Shown one piece after another: positions 24,733-38,202 of a stretch of DNA of 64,000 nucleotides. The DNA is from Lytechinus pictus. Its lineage: Eukaryota. The translations under genes and the position numbers were made by a program. Every line of letters begins with the position of its first letter. Position 1 is the stretch's first letter. Location: contig NC_087246.1 of NCBI RefSeq assembly GCF_037042905.1, positions 61,814,001 to 61,878,000 on the forward strand, in the 5' to 3' direction. The notes under the pieces were generated by a model. The model searched no databases, had not been told where the DNA came from, and worked only from the letters and a program-made list of their open reading frames with translations.

Positions 24733-27700
24733 ACCGGATTAGGTATGACACCTTTATATATTTAGGTCATTATGATGTCAGACACCATAAACAAAATCCA
24801 TTAGAATCAATGGGATGATTCAAATGACTATAGACTATTTCCTTTGCGCATGTTTTTTTGTTCATTGTAGGTCACAAAACCTTTTAGAATATTAAAGCAC
24901 AACCCTCAATCTATACGGAGTGTCCTAAAAAAATACACACATCTAAGATCTATATTCATTTTGTTTTCCTTCACTAGATATAAAGTTTTTAATATATCGC
25001 AATAAAATGGACATATGGAACTCACATAACACATGTAATTATAGTGCTTATAACACAACTGGAAAAAAAAACCTAAACAAAAGCAGTTTCAATGCTTAGT
25101 GTCTTTAAATGAAAGAGGGACAATTGAATTGAGAAAAAATCTAACCAGCGGCATCATTTACTTAAATTATCTTTCTCTTCAACATCTTTTCTTAAAGATT
25201 ATGATGTAAGATAGAGAATATATTTCAGAAAATTTTCAGAAAATTTTCTTTTCTTTTTGATCTCCTTTTCCTTTTCAATTTCAAACACCTTCTTTCATTA
25301 CCATCACAAGGCAAGTTTCAGAAATACATAATGTCAAGAGATTTCTGGAAGACTGCCTATTCCACTTTTCAAGATTTAAGTCTTTCTTATAAGAGTCTGT
25401 ATGAATGCAATCAATTTCACGATACACATCTCTAAAGACACTAGAATGTTATATATCTGATACAACTGCCACAGAACCAAATGTGCCTCCTGCATGCATG
25501 GATTCCCTATGGTGTAATTTACGTGATATTCATGGAGTGGAATTTGAGCATTTTGATGATTTCCATGCATTTTATCTAGCTCCAAATATCTGTCTCCCGA
25601 GTAATCGCACATTTTGTGGGCAGAGATTAACGTACATCGTCGTTGCATGTGACTGTGTTCAATCGAGACTTTTCTAACCAAAAACATGTTTTCAAAGAAG
25701 TTTAGTTCAAAGCATAGTTTTATTCACTAAATGCTTGAGTAAAAATTTGTTTTCTCCTTATTTTGTTTAAGGTCTCACTGTTCTTTTTCTAAATTCAGTC
25801 AATTTCTTTGTGTGGGTTACTGCTGATAACATTTGATGAGTTCAATTCAATGCATTTGAATCCTCCTTTATTTAAATGTAGGATTTTTTTTTTTCAAGCT
25901 CAATAAAAAAATCTAAAAATTCATATAATTGATTTTGGGGTGGCCAGTCACGTTTATTCCCCCCCCTACTAAGGTCAACCTCTTGAAATTAAATTTGCAT
26001 TGCACTCTGCGTCTCTGCGTGTATATCATGGTATCGAGCAAACACTTATGGTTTCTAAAAAAAAGGGAATAGCAAAATGCTACCATCTCTCAAGCTTTCT
26101 TTCACTCCCATCCACTCTTCGCAATTCACTCCATCTTTCTCTCTCTCCTACACACACACAACAACACACCCCCTACCTTAACTTCCATTTTCTTTTCTTG
26201 CACTCTTTCTTCAATATATTCTCTAATCTCAATATATAATCTATTAACTAAGTTTTTGATTCCTTAAAAATCCCTGCTCTCATCTATTCTATCCACTTCA
26301 ATTATCAATGTTTCCCATATAACCCCCATTATTACACAATCTCTATTTAATAACCAATTACCGTATATGTCTTGACGTTGATGGTCATGACGGAACTCTA
26401 TTTCTGAAATAATATTCAGTTTTCTGTGCCAGATTCCTTTCTCTTTCCATCTCCCATTCCTTCAACATCCTCTGATATTGTGTGGAAATGTGACCAAATT
26501 CCTTTAAATGCCAGCATGATATATCATTACCATGGCGATGATGCCATGATGAAGATTCACACCTTCAGATCAAGGCTTTAATATTAGATTATATCAATCA
26601 CTCTATCAAGAAGCTAATGTACAGAGTGTCTCAACAAATAATGCATTATAAAGCATCATGCATTTCCAAATACACCATGATAAAGATTCATATCTGAAGG
26701 CTTTTAGCACATACTGTAGCCTACTGATTACTCTCCCAACATAATAGCGTAGAGGATGTCACAACTAAACAACTATCACAAAGCACCTTTCATTTTTGTT
26801 TCTGACCAATGCACAGACATACAATGAAGTTTACCAGTCAGTTCACACTACAACTATGAACCTCCCTCTGATCTGTTCACAGTTGTATACAGGGTGTCTA
26901 ATAAAAATAACGATCCAATCTCAATGCAGGAGTAAAACAATTTCTCTCTTACTCCATGGGACACAGGCTATCTATTGGTGAACTATCTATTCTTGACCAG
27001 TTTCTCTTTATTTGTCAAATTTTCAGGAGCTCCCTATCTCAGGGTAAGGCTATTAGTAAAAGCAACCTGAAACACCCCTCCCCCCTCCTTCAATAGGGAA
27101 CGATGCATAGAAATTTGATCATTGATTACACTGCAGACTGTATTGTTCTGAAATATTAGTAGAGTTAAATATTGCCCTTGCACAGGTAATTGAAGTTGCC
27201 TATCTAGTCAGACTTAATCGATGCCCAAAATCTCTTCAAGAGGTTAAAATGGTAATTAGGCAGTTTCTAACTCAATCATGATGATGTCTAAGACTTTAAT
27301 AAAACAAGCTTGCTTCTTCTCATTTGCTTAAACTCTGCAACTCCTCTCAACTTTTGATTAAGAAGGGAACATAATCTCCATTACTTGAGGAAATCTATGG
27401 GTCGGTTTGCAGAGCTGTTACTGATAAGATCTGCAACACTTTCCTCTCCTGCCCTCTTAACCCTTATTTGTAGGTAATGCAGGAGGACCCATGAAAGTGC
27501 AGACACCTTCTTTCCTATCCATCAGACTCCAATGGAAATGAATTCTTGTAGGATTTGTCCTGATTACTAGGTTCTGCAAATAACCACCAGGTTATTACCC
27601 ACCTCCTCGTCTGCGAATCTAATGACGGCTGACCCTACGGACCGCTGCCGGACATTGCCCGCGGCTTCCCATCACGTGATCCCAATGCTTGCTACAGCAT

Positions 27701-28423
27701 GGGTAACAAGTCTAAAGTCAACAATCCATGCCCAGATGTCCCCACAGGCCAAAGGAATTATTACGCTTTCTTCAAGCTTTTCTGATCCGTTTTATGATAG
27801 CTGTTCATTTTGAGATATCTGCATGGATGAAGGACCATGGATTATTACATGGTCACATTGCTCCCTTGCTCCCCCTTTAGGCGTATACCGCCCTCATGAC
27901 AAAATCTTCAAGAAACATAGAAACAAGAGTGTGAAATTTCTTCCTTGGGTGAAAACCACAAACACATACATGAAACTTATGCAAGTCAATTGAAGAGACA
28001 ATGTGACCACCAAATGACCATACAGTTTTCTCAAATGCTGAACTTCTTCTCAATTCCAATGAAACTTTGACAAGGTCTAGCTAGCTGAACCCAGTCATTC
28101 CCAAGAATATATTTACCTTGGGTTAGAGCACTATTTCATTGAATCTTTAAAGCTTATTCAACTGCTTGTATTACCCCCCCCCCCCAAGTTGCATTTTACA
28201 ATCTATATCAAAATCATATGAATGCACGATGCCCTAAACCACTTGTGATGGGGAGTATATGAATAAAATGTGTAAATTGCATAGATTTGATGACTTTACA
28301 TTAAAATTCATTTTGATCACATACCTGATCAAAATATATATATATTTTTTTTTTATATGAAACCACTTCTCAATCATGGAATGAGCTGAAAATCTCAGGA
28401 TATGATGTCTAATGACTAAATAA

Positions 28424-28953
28424 GGGCATGTTCAATGTTGACTTTCAAATTTAAACAGCAATTATGAGCATTATGAATTGTGATTGAAAATTCAATTACA
28501 AAACACAGAACACAAACACGATCAGCAGTGCACTGTTCAGTGTCGAAAATATACATTATACTGTATACACATATCATTATTGGTTGATCGTCTTTGAATT
28601 TCCCGCTTTAGTTAGTGCAGTAGTCCTGTGCAGTTTGACTCATCACAAGAAAGGTCAATTCTGGCACCTACTTGTGTAGGATTCCACTGTGAGAGCAAAT
28701 GCGTTTCAAAACTCAAATCGTTTTCAATGTCGCATTCGCGATCCAGAAGGTCCTAAAATCTGAGCTGATCATGTTTAAAAACATATCTTTTTCAGTATTT
28801 AAATCTTCCTTCCAATCGCGATCTGAAAGACATTTACTTTTATGACTGGAAATAGGGAACACAGAACACACCCTTTTTCAGCGCTTTGTAAGAAAGTTTT
28901 CAATCATGATTCATATTGCTATTTAAATTTGAAAATCAACATTAAACACACCC
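28424..28953. mobile_element. PIF/Harbinger MITE with TAA TSD (copy 1)
   Basis: TAA|gggcatgttcaatgttgactttcaaatttaaacagcaat ... attgctatttaaatttgaaaatcaacattaaacacaccc|TAA; colinear with 45534-46043. Confidence 0.8.
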
Positions 28954-29401
28954 TAAGTAAGCACTCAGAGGGCATTGCCACATGTGTATAGAAAGTTCAA
29001 GTATTATGATCAAGATACAGTATTCCGAAATAAAGTTCAAATGTTCACAAATAATTAACAAGACTTTGAAAAAAGATTAAACTGCTAAACTACACGTTGA
29101 ATATCTGCATACAAGATAAAACTTGAGTATAATTTACAGAATTTATCCTTCATCATATCTTCAGGCAGACAGATTTTAAATCTTATGATGCAAAATAATA
29201 TTAAGAGCAGCAAAAAAAAAAGAAGAATCATTTAAAAATAAGTGTAATCGAATAGAATAATGTTTCTTCCAATTTGAAAAGAAATAGAATATCAGCAGAG
29301 ATCATATAAAACAACTAAAAGTGCTTCAGCTGAAATGACTGTGACATAACTTATATTCCAGTTTCCTCTATCCCAGAATGCTGATAAAGATAGGAGGTAT
29401 T

Positions 29402-29564
29402 CTGGGCCCTGTTATATAAAGACTCATTACTACTTTTACTTTGTCATTATTTTAACCGCTATATGGAAACATCGATTGTGATTGGCTGTTGAGTCTGTTG
29501 CCATGGTAGCTGTCATAAAGGCAAAGTTTACAATAATTGTAATTCAATATGAAATGGGCCACTG
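29402..29564. mobile_element. Short Harbinger-like MITE with X-box and CCAAT
   Basis: ctgggccctgttatataaag ... atgaaatgggcc; same family as 52597-52753 in the opposite orientation. Confidence 0.55.
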
Positions 29565-29954
29565 TCTAGATGTAAAGAAAAGATGTCTGTTGAATTTTCA
29601 TGCCTTCTCCCAGCGCGATGTCCCTTGGTCATTCAACCCACCCAAAACCCAAAATCTATTTTTGTTACTATATTATCTGGGTTGCATCAAAATTATGCTC
29701 CTGGGGAGTATTGTGTTGTTAACAGGCGTTCTCACTTGCAAAAGTAATCAAAATGAAGCCTGTGTAAAACTCTATACGAGTGTCAATTTTCAAAATTACT
29801 ATTTAATTGCTTTCTAACAGATTAAACGAAATGGGAAACAAGTCAAACGGCCAATGCCTTTAAGAGATTTATCATTTCTATTCCTGTACCTTTTGCAGCG
29901 CTTTTCAATTGAAATTGAAAAAGTTTGTTGGTTACATACATTATACAGTGCGTA

Positions 29955-30938
29955 TACAGTGCGTATCAAAAAAAAGTTTACACTTAGAAAAAATCCTGTA
30001 AAATTATACATTTGTAATATCCTGAAGATTTTTCCACATTTTAACATTGGTACACATCCATTTAATCAAATGACGATATAACTGTCGAAAAATATTTCCG
30101 CTTGAATGAGCACCATTTACTCTTTACAAGTTAGTGAAAAATGATTTGCGCAGAACTTTGAAATAGTTATGAGAATAAAAGTAGACCTTAATCATGAAGA
30201 ACAAATGGAATTTAGCTAGTAAAATTGATTTGAAGATATCTTTTACCTTTTTAAACTTGTTTCCTTGCCCAAAACCATTGCGCCCCACCCCACTCCCCCC
30301 ACACACCGAGGCCATCGTGACGATATTTGCTTTACACTGACCTGTGATTTACAAGAAATGGCTTAGGCTTGATTTTCATTTTGTTAATCATTGTCAAGCT
30401 TGGGAAAAGTGTGGAGAAACAAGTATCAAATGAAAAATGAAATGTAAACCCACTTTAAATGATAAAAAAATAGTGAAAAATGCTGTAGATGTCTGATATA
30501 AACTTTTGTTTAGATTCACTTATGTCCTTAGATCCAGCTAGCACAAAAAGGGTAAAGGTTGTGCTTACTAAGAGTTAAAATTTCAATTTGGGTGGCAAAA
30601 TTGTAACAAAATGCTTCAATATATCCGTTTTATTTCAATTGACTAAAAGTGCAAAGGAAATGTAGGAGAAATGTTTCACAGGGTAAGTTTGATTTTCGCC
30701 TTTTCCCCTTAACACAGCGTGAAAACGAGCATTTCTGCGCAAACAGATTTCTGCGAGATTTTCAAAAAAGGACAGTGCTCACTCAAGTGTAATATTCTGT
30801 CAAAATTTTTATTTTCATTGGATAGATGAGACCAAAACCCAATAATATATGTGAAAAAATTACCCACATGTTGTATATTTTTTAATTCCCAGGGCTTTTT
30901 CAAAGTGTAAACTTTTTTTTGATACGCAACACACTGTA
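29955..30938. mobile_element. Tc1/mariner-type non-autonomous element
   Basis: TAcagtgcgtatcaaaaaaaagtttacactt ... aagtgtaaactttttttt gatacgca(acac)actgTA. Confidence 0.85.
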
Positions 30939-31096
30939 TACCAGCCACTTGGCACTGGGATCTTTCAGATGTTTAACTTCATGGCAAAAACAGCACTTGT
31001 TAGAACTACATGATTCGGTGTTGAAAGAAGAACACACCAAGAGATTTACACCAGTGTTAAATTAATGGTGTTAGTTAACACCCAATAATAACAGAA

Positions 31097-31365
31097 TTAC
31101 TATTACCCCAGTCATTGCCTCTTGGCATGCCAGCACACAATGTATACACTTTCTACACTCCCTGGGGAGCATTCCAACAAAAGTTCCAAGACTCACTGCT
31201 AAGCATACTACATAGGCTTTTGCATCCTACCAAGTGTCCATCTAACACCTGGGTGGAGAGTGGCAAAGTATGGATTGATGTCTTGCGAAAGGACGCTAGG
31301 CCGTGATGGGATCTGAACACAACTTTCTGATTACAAAGCGAAATACCACGTTTCCACGACGCTTC
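31097..31365 (-). mobile_element. Degenerate tRNA-derived SINE
   Basis: The minus strand has a decayed B-box (gttcagatccc), then gtcctttcgcaagacatcaatcc...ctctccacccaggtg, a typical SINE core, and a taatagtaat tail. Confidence 0.6.
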
Positions 31366-33029
31366 CAGACAAAGATATAGAGACATGCATCCAGCAGTCC
31401 ATGATCTGCCCTTCCTTTCTTTTAGCTTCGCAGAAAAATAAAGAGTTACTTTGACCTGCCCTTATTCACTTGCAAGGTTTTGAAAGAATTCATTAATAAA
31501 TCCATAGTATATTGTCAAAGTTTGCCCGCAATTCTATCAATCTCAAGCCTTTTGAAGCATTATGCAAAGCTCCAATTATGAAAAAGGTTTCATCAATTTA
31601 CAACATACCTTTATTTCATTAATTGCCTGAAGCATTGAACCAAATAGAACAAAAAATGGCACTAAATACAAACCTCATGTATTATCATCAGTTCCCTATG
31701 CATCAATCCCCCTGAAATGTGAAGTCAACGAGGCAACTGCGGATATTACCAGCTATAAATTTCCCCGCACATGAATTTGTGACAAAGGGGAATGCATGAT
31801 GAGTTTATATCATTCATTGTTGCGATCATGATTAGAAAATCACTCATGTGAACTAGGCATATTCTTAAGCTCCTTATTCATGATGAAAAAGAATAATTAG
31901 TGATATCAAATTACTGTCTCTTTGTAAGGTCTTTTCATGTTAATTCCATTATTCAGTTCGATGCATTTCGGTGATTGGATTGTCTATCTTATAAAGTTAG
32001 AGGTTTGCTTAGAGTTTTTATCAGGCAAAAATTATTTTGTTACGGTGGAAGGGGCTACCAGGGGTCTACTCACAACCCCCTGCCTGAATCTTTTTTTTTC
32101 CTGCAACATTAGATAAGCTTTAACATTGCAGTGAATGGGGATTTTCCAGGGCTCTTTTGAACATTTTGGGGGAAAATTGCCTTGAAACCTGTGTATCTTT
32201 CCTCTCCTACATAATATTCATACAAAAATGGTAATGTGATAAAACATATTTACCCCCATCATTATATCTTACCAATAAAACTTCTATCCTACAAGATAAA
32301 AACGATTTTGCATTATGCTCTTAGTCATTGACATACTCATATTACATTTTACGAATTATGTAAAATTTGGAAATTCTTGAATTTATTTCTCTTTCAAATG
32401 GGGAAACTTCATGTACAAAACATAACCTTTCAGTAACATTCATTAACATGTTCACAAAGACATTCATAACTCTATCCATTATGCAAAATGTTCATATCTA
32501 TCTAACCCAAGAATCCTACCATTTTCACCTTCCCCATGCCTGCCCTCTTCTTGTGCATAAAACAACTTCCTTCTAAAATCCAAAATATTGCATTTGTATT
32601 TTTTCATTTTTTTCTTCAAATTGCTCTTTGAACATTTATCTTTCAAATTTAGTGACTGCATAACAGAAGGCTTCAAGCATCTTAAAATCATCAGCCCAAT
32701 TAACACAGTAATCTTATTTTGGTCAAGATCCTGGTTAAAATAATAATATAAACAATATGTAGAATCATAAAACAAATCCATTACAATATGGTTTTAATTC
32801 CTTCTTTCAACGTTAAAAACAGTTGTATGACATAAACCCATGCAATAAGTAATGAACTAGAAAAGTGGCAGACACTTTTTAGGTACTAAAGAAAATGTAA
32901 GAGGGGCTTTAAAATAAATGGGATTTAGACCACGAACTCACATAATTTTTTCAATGATTGCATAAGTTGGTTAGAAATATTTCTGAGAGTGTGTGACAGA
33001 ATCCGAGAATAAAAAGCTGTCTTTCTTAC

Positions 33030-33359
33030 CCGTTGGCTGCGGAAGTTGACACAATAACTGCACACTTTGGCAGCCATGTTCCATCGAGAAATCCTCAAAT
33101 TGGCAATTGTAGAGGTTGGTGCTATTGGTCCTACAATGAAAATTCTCAAAAAGGGTTGGGTAACCATCTTTGCCGAGTGGAATGGTAAGTTCTGAATGCG
33201 AAGCCACTGCAGCACCTGGATAGCCCATTTGCCTGCAGACAACGTCAGCTTCTGTGATCGTCCAGGAGTTATTGCACACAGTACCCCATGAGCCTTGATA
33301 GAAGATAAGCAGGAGACCCGCATTGGTCACATAGCCGTTGACTAGCTTGACTGAGAAAT
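33030..33359 (-). CDS. SRCR domain 1 exon
   Basis: DFSVKLVNGYVTNAGLLLIFYQGSWGTVCNNSWTITEADVVCRQMGY...C..., 6 Cys. Acceptor ctatctttcag, donor G|GTAAG; 330 bp, phase 1-1. Confidence 0.92.
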
Positions 33360-36300
33360 CTGAAAGATAGAAGATGACAGACTAATGCAATCTAAAATCT
33401 TCAAGATCTTCATGTGATCATCTTCCTTTTATTGTCTCTTTCTTACATTGAGTTTTCAACAGAATAGATTTGCTGCATTACAAATATCTACCATTACTGT
33501 CATACCATTGCAATAAACACTAAACAATCAAAGTTCATTATCTTTTTTCTAATGAAAATCTTTTTCATTATATTAATCATGGATCACTGTTTTATCTATG
33601 TGTATGTCATGTTCATAATCATGATACTCAACAGGGCTCCCTTGCCAATTGACTTGAACTGGACAATCTGTCTTTTTCAAGAAAATATAAATAAATAAAA
33701 TAAATAAATAAATGAACAAATAAATAAATATCATAATCATAACCATTATTATAACATCAACTTCTGAATAAATGCAAGTAATAACCACATCATTAATCCC
33801 TTCTCTTCTCAGTCTGCACATCCCATGGACTCTTTTCTCAGATCACACAGTTCCCAGCATGCACTGGGCTTAGGAACCCCAAGGTCACGCCAAAAACCAC
33901 TCTGACATTGCACTTCAGAATGACAGTCATTACAAGGGGAAACTTGAGATGTCGATTTCCCTTCGACCTGATAGGCAACATACTCAAAAGCCACGAACAT
34001 GTTCTTCTTCCCCTGACGGGAAAACACATTCCAAAGCCACGTCTGGAACAACTTCACTCAATTTGGAGGTAGCTGTGATCGTGTCTCTCATATCACTTGG
34101 TGTCTTTCAAGGTCATGATGGTATTGGCAATGAGGAACAGTGATATGGAAATATTATTGTCATTGTTTCTGACTTTGTACTAACTTTCCTGAAAGAGAGT
34201 TATTCAATGAATATGCATTTATAATAAGTAGTCTGTTGATATGACCTGAGATGAATTAAACAGAACCAATTACAAATACTTGTATGGTTTAGAAGGAATG
34301 TATACAGGAATCTAAAAAAAATATCTGACTTGAAAATGCGAGAATAGCTTCACATAGTCCTTGGAAATGTAATTGTTCACATAGTCACAGTTCATGTAAA
34401 TGCATGATCTAAAATATTAATCTGCTAATGAAATGATAAGTCACCAGTACAATCTATAGATTTGCCTGCCTCTCAAGTAATGAATCTTTAATCTATTATA
34501 CAAACAATATGACAAAGCCAGCTCTAATGTGGAGTTATCCATTGAACTATATGTAGTTGACAAAGCAAAAGCATAATTGCACAGTTCATAGGCACAGTTT
34601 GCCTATTTGATGTGTAATGAAATATAAATGGAAAACCACCTGCCCTACTTTTTTAAAGAATAATAGTGTATAGTGATGCAAGGTCTAAGAAACCCAATGC
34701 AGATAAGACGTACTTCCAAATGATAGAAGTTTAGTAACTGTCAATTTGATAATTTTATCACAAACGAGAATAAAAATTTTAGTTTTTTTTTTAACCCCTT
34801 GTTATATTATTATACGTGTATATATAAAAATGTTAAAGAATACAAAATTTACTATTAAAAAATCAAAGTTATTCAAATAATAATATTTTGATTATGGCAA
34901 TAAAATTTCTGTTTCATGTGCAGCAGTTTAATACCAAACAAGGCATAAATTCCTTTAAAGGCACCTCAAAAGTCATATTACAAGACAACAACGATCTTAC
35001 AGCATAATCCTTGTTTTGCCTTGTTGATTGTGTGTTTTCTTAAAAAAATTGCCACAACATTTTGTGATATGTGAATATTAAACATTATTGAATTAGGGTG
35101 GAAATACTATGTATCTGTTAATGATTTGTGTTGAACTTTCTAAAGCCATTTAAAGCTTTGGTAAAGGTTCCATGATGTGAATTACTTGATTATTATCTGA
35201 CATTCCGATAGTACAAATGTGTAGTGGATGCTTTTTCAGTAGTTAAAATTAAAATTTGTCATTTTTCATGCCGTAAAGATTAAAAGTTGCCTTGTGCTTA
35301 CTCTTGGCAATTTTTCTATTTTTTGTATAAAAAATAGCCTTTTGAGCACTTTCTTTTAGTAGTTTGATATTAAAAAGCTTCAGACAAATACTCATAAATT
35401 TTGAGCCCATTTCATATTAGAAAAAGAGAACACAGATATTCTAATTTGATTGGCCAACCAGTCAAAAATAATTTGTGGTGTAAAATCCCTAAATCTATCC
35501 AATACATATCATTCTTATTCTATATCCTTTGAATCATTACCAATTTAGGACACACAAATTCATATAATCTAGTAATGAATTAGAAAAGTTACATGTACAT
35601 GTACTTTAAGAAGATTTACCAAATATAAAGATATCCTTTGATAAATGCAAAATTTAAACAGTATTCCCAAACCGATAATACATTCATATCTTGATTAGAT
35701 AGCTACTCTCCACAATATACTTGCACATATTTATTATCATGATAAAATATTAATCTTATTATGGAGGTAGTTACAACATTAATGTAAACCAGCAATTATT
35801 ATTGAACCTGTGAGATGGTTAAATAACGATTGAAAAGAATGATAATTAGAAGTTTTTTTTTTTTTTTTTTTTTTTTTTAGGGGGGGGGGGGGGGCTAATC
35901 ACTATTACTTCATGAGGTAATCTTTATATTTATAAGTGCATTAGGAAAGAAAATCAAGAATTTGTAACATGCTGATTTTGCACCATTACTTTGTGTTTGT
36001 ATTTAATTACATCCAACCACTCTTCTCTATAGATCCCATTTCTGGGCACTGTATCATTAACATTAGCAATTGATTGTGTGATTGATATTTACGATTGATT
36101 ACACACAACGATGAATGCAGTTGAACATAGAAATCAGTATCACAATCAATCGCTTAGCTGTATGTGACAGGGATCAGGATTTATCCTTATTTCCACTTAC
36201 CATGAATATTATCATGGGGTATCCCCTTCACAGCTTACCATTATCTCGCTCTCTCTCTCCCTCTTTCTATTTATTCTGCTCTCTCTCTCTTTTCTATCTC

Positions 36301-37364
36301 CTCCCACACTCACTCTATTTTCCCCTCTCTATATATTTCTTCCCCTCTCTATATATTTCTTCCCCTCTCTCTCTCTTTTCTATCCCCCTATCTTCCCATT
36401 CCTTGTTTACCCATCCCCTTTCAATCTCTTCCTTTTCCTCTTCCCTTCCCTCTAATCGACATAAAAATTGTCTACTTCAAGCTATCAGTACACTCTGATA
36501 TTTTTTTAAATGGTAACAAACACTCTCAAAATAATCTACTCACAATATTGATACCATGTCCAAAGGGCACTTTGTAGAATTTCTAATAAAAAATTTGAAA
36601 GATTACTGTTATTTTTTTAAAGAAAATTTTCATTTTTTTAAATTTAAATTGATTTCAAGTCCATACTACAACTTGGGTAAAGTGCCATTAATGCAAAATA
36701 TTTGTGTATCATTTAACAAGCCAATCTTACAAAATATAGTAGCTGTTGAATCTGTTTTCATGTACAATCACAGAATTTATTCTGTAAAATGGACGTACAT
36801 TTTCATTTCATATATCATAACTGTATTACGGCATACACATTCATTTGATCTAGTAAAACATTTGAGATATTTCTTTAAATGTTATAAATTTGAACAAAAA
36901 AGAAAATATAACCAATATGAGTGAATGTAGGAAATTTAAGAAGTTTGACACTTGAGCAAAAGGCCTTTCGTTTTAACCTAATCAGCCAGAGAGAAAAGTC
37001 AATGAATCAACAATTTCAATTTGATGGCATTTGACTCTCAACGAGCAAGATGAGGTAAACTCTCTTTTTACAGGACACATTCTATCAAATGATGGACATT
37101 TACTCACTCTCATCAAATCATTGCTCCTTTCTCTTTCCTCCTCTTCTCACAACATTTCTTTGAATATAAATGTCAGTTGTGGTGACAATCTAAAGTTGCA
37201 TTCAAAAGAATCCAATAAAATGTCCACCCACATGTTTTCATGTATAACAAAAACAAATGGAATGCCTTTGGCAGTCTCCTCAGCCTTACATGGATTCTAT
37301 ATAGCTGCAGTGCTGAATAAGATGAAAAAAAATCATTTGATAATAAAATACAATTTTCACTGAT

Positions 37365-38202
37365 CTCAATTGACCTTTGATCTTCATCATGTTACCTGAA
37401 ATTTGTGCAAAATTATCAATGATACTTGATTATGACACTTGACTACCCATATGTCCAAGTTTCATGAAATATTAATATCCATTTACTTTCAAAATTATGG
37501 TAACATTTCAAAGCTTAATCTTGTTTAAAATTTAAGCTTGATACCACAACATGGACAAAGCTCATTGATTTAATGACCTTTGACCTTGATCAAGTGACTT
37601 GAAACTTGTCAAGCTATTGTCAGTACAGAGTTCTGTACTAGGCCTATATGTTCCAACATCATTATTAGGTTTATTGATTCAATTTGATTGCAACACCGGC
37701 AACAAGGTTGGCTGGGCCAGGACTGCCATATCGTAACCAACCATGAGCACCGCGTATACAATGTGACGTCAGTTACATCATCTCGCATCATAAATGCAAA
37801 TGAGACATATTACTACAAAAAATGGGTAGGATGTTCAGTATACTTCATTACCCTTATGTCCAAGTCTCATGAGCTAGGTCCACATACTTTCTATGTTATG
37901 ATGACATTTCAAAAACTTAACCTTAGGTTAAGATTTCAGTGTTGATTCCCCCAACATGATCTAAGTTCATTGACCCTAAATGACCTTTGACTTTAGTCAT
38001 GTGACCTGAAACACAGGCAGGATATTCAGTAATACTTGATTAACCTTATTTGCAAGTTTCATGAACTAGGTCAATATCCTTTTTTAGTTATTATGATGTC
38101 ATCTCAAAAACTTAACCTTAGGTTAAGATTTCACTGTTGACGCTGCCGCCGTAGGAAAAGCGGCGCCTATAGTCTCGCTCTGCTATGCAGGCGAGACAAA
38201 AA
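37365..38202. mobile_element. Helentron/Tsp-like non-autonomous element with internal tandem repeats
   Basis: Repeated units of about 180 bp (tgacctttgacc...caagtttcatgaactagg...aaaacttaaccttaggttaagatt), a gccgccg run, and a terminal hairpin gtctcgc...gcgagac followed by an A-run. Confidence 0.65.

Noticed and set aside
33809-34188. Cys-rich minus-strand ORF with CxxCH and an upstream acceptor-like site at 34188
   Set aside because: No recognisable domain, no compatible donor, and the frame tested from the acceptor stops early; a single CxxCH is expected by chance.
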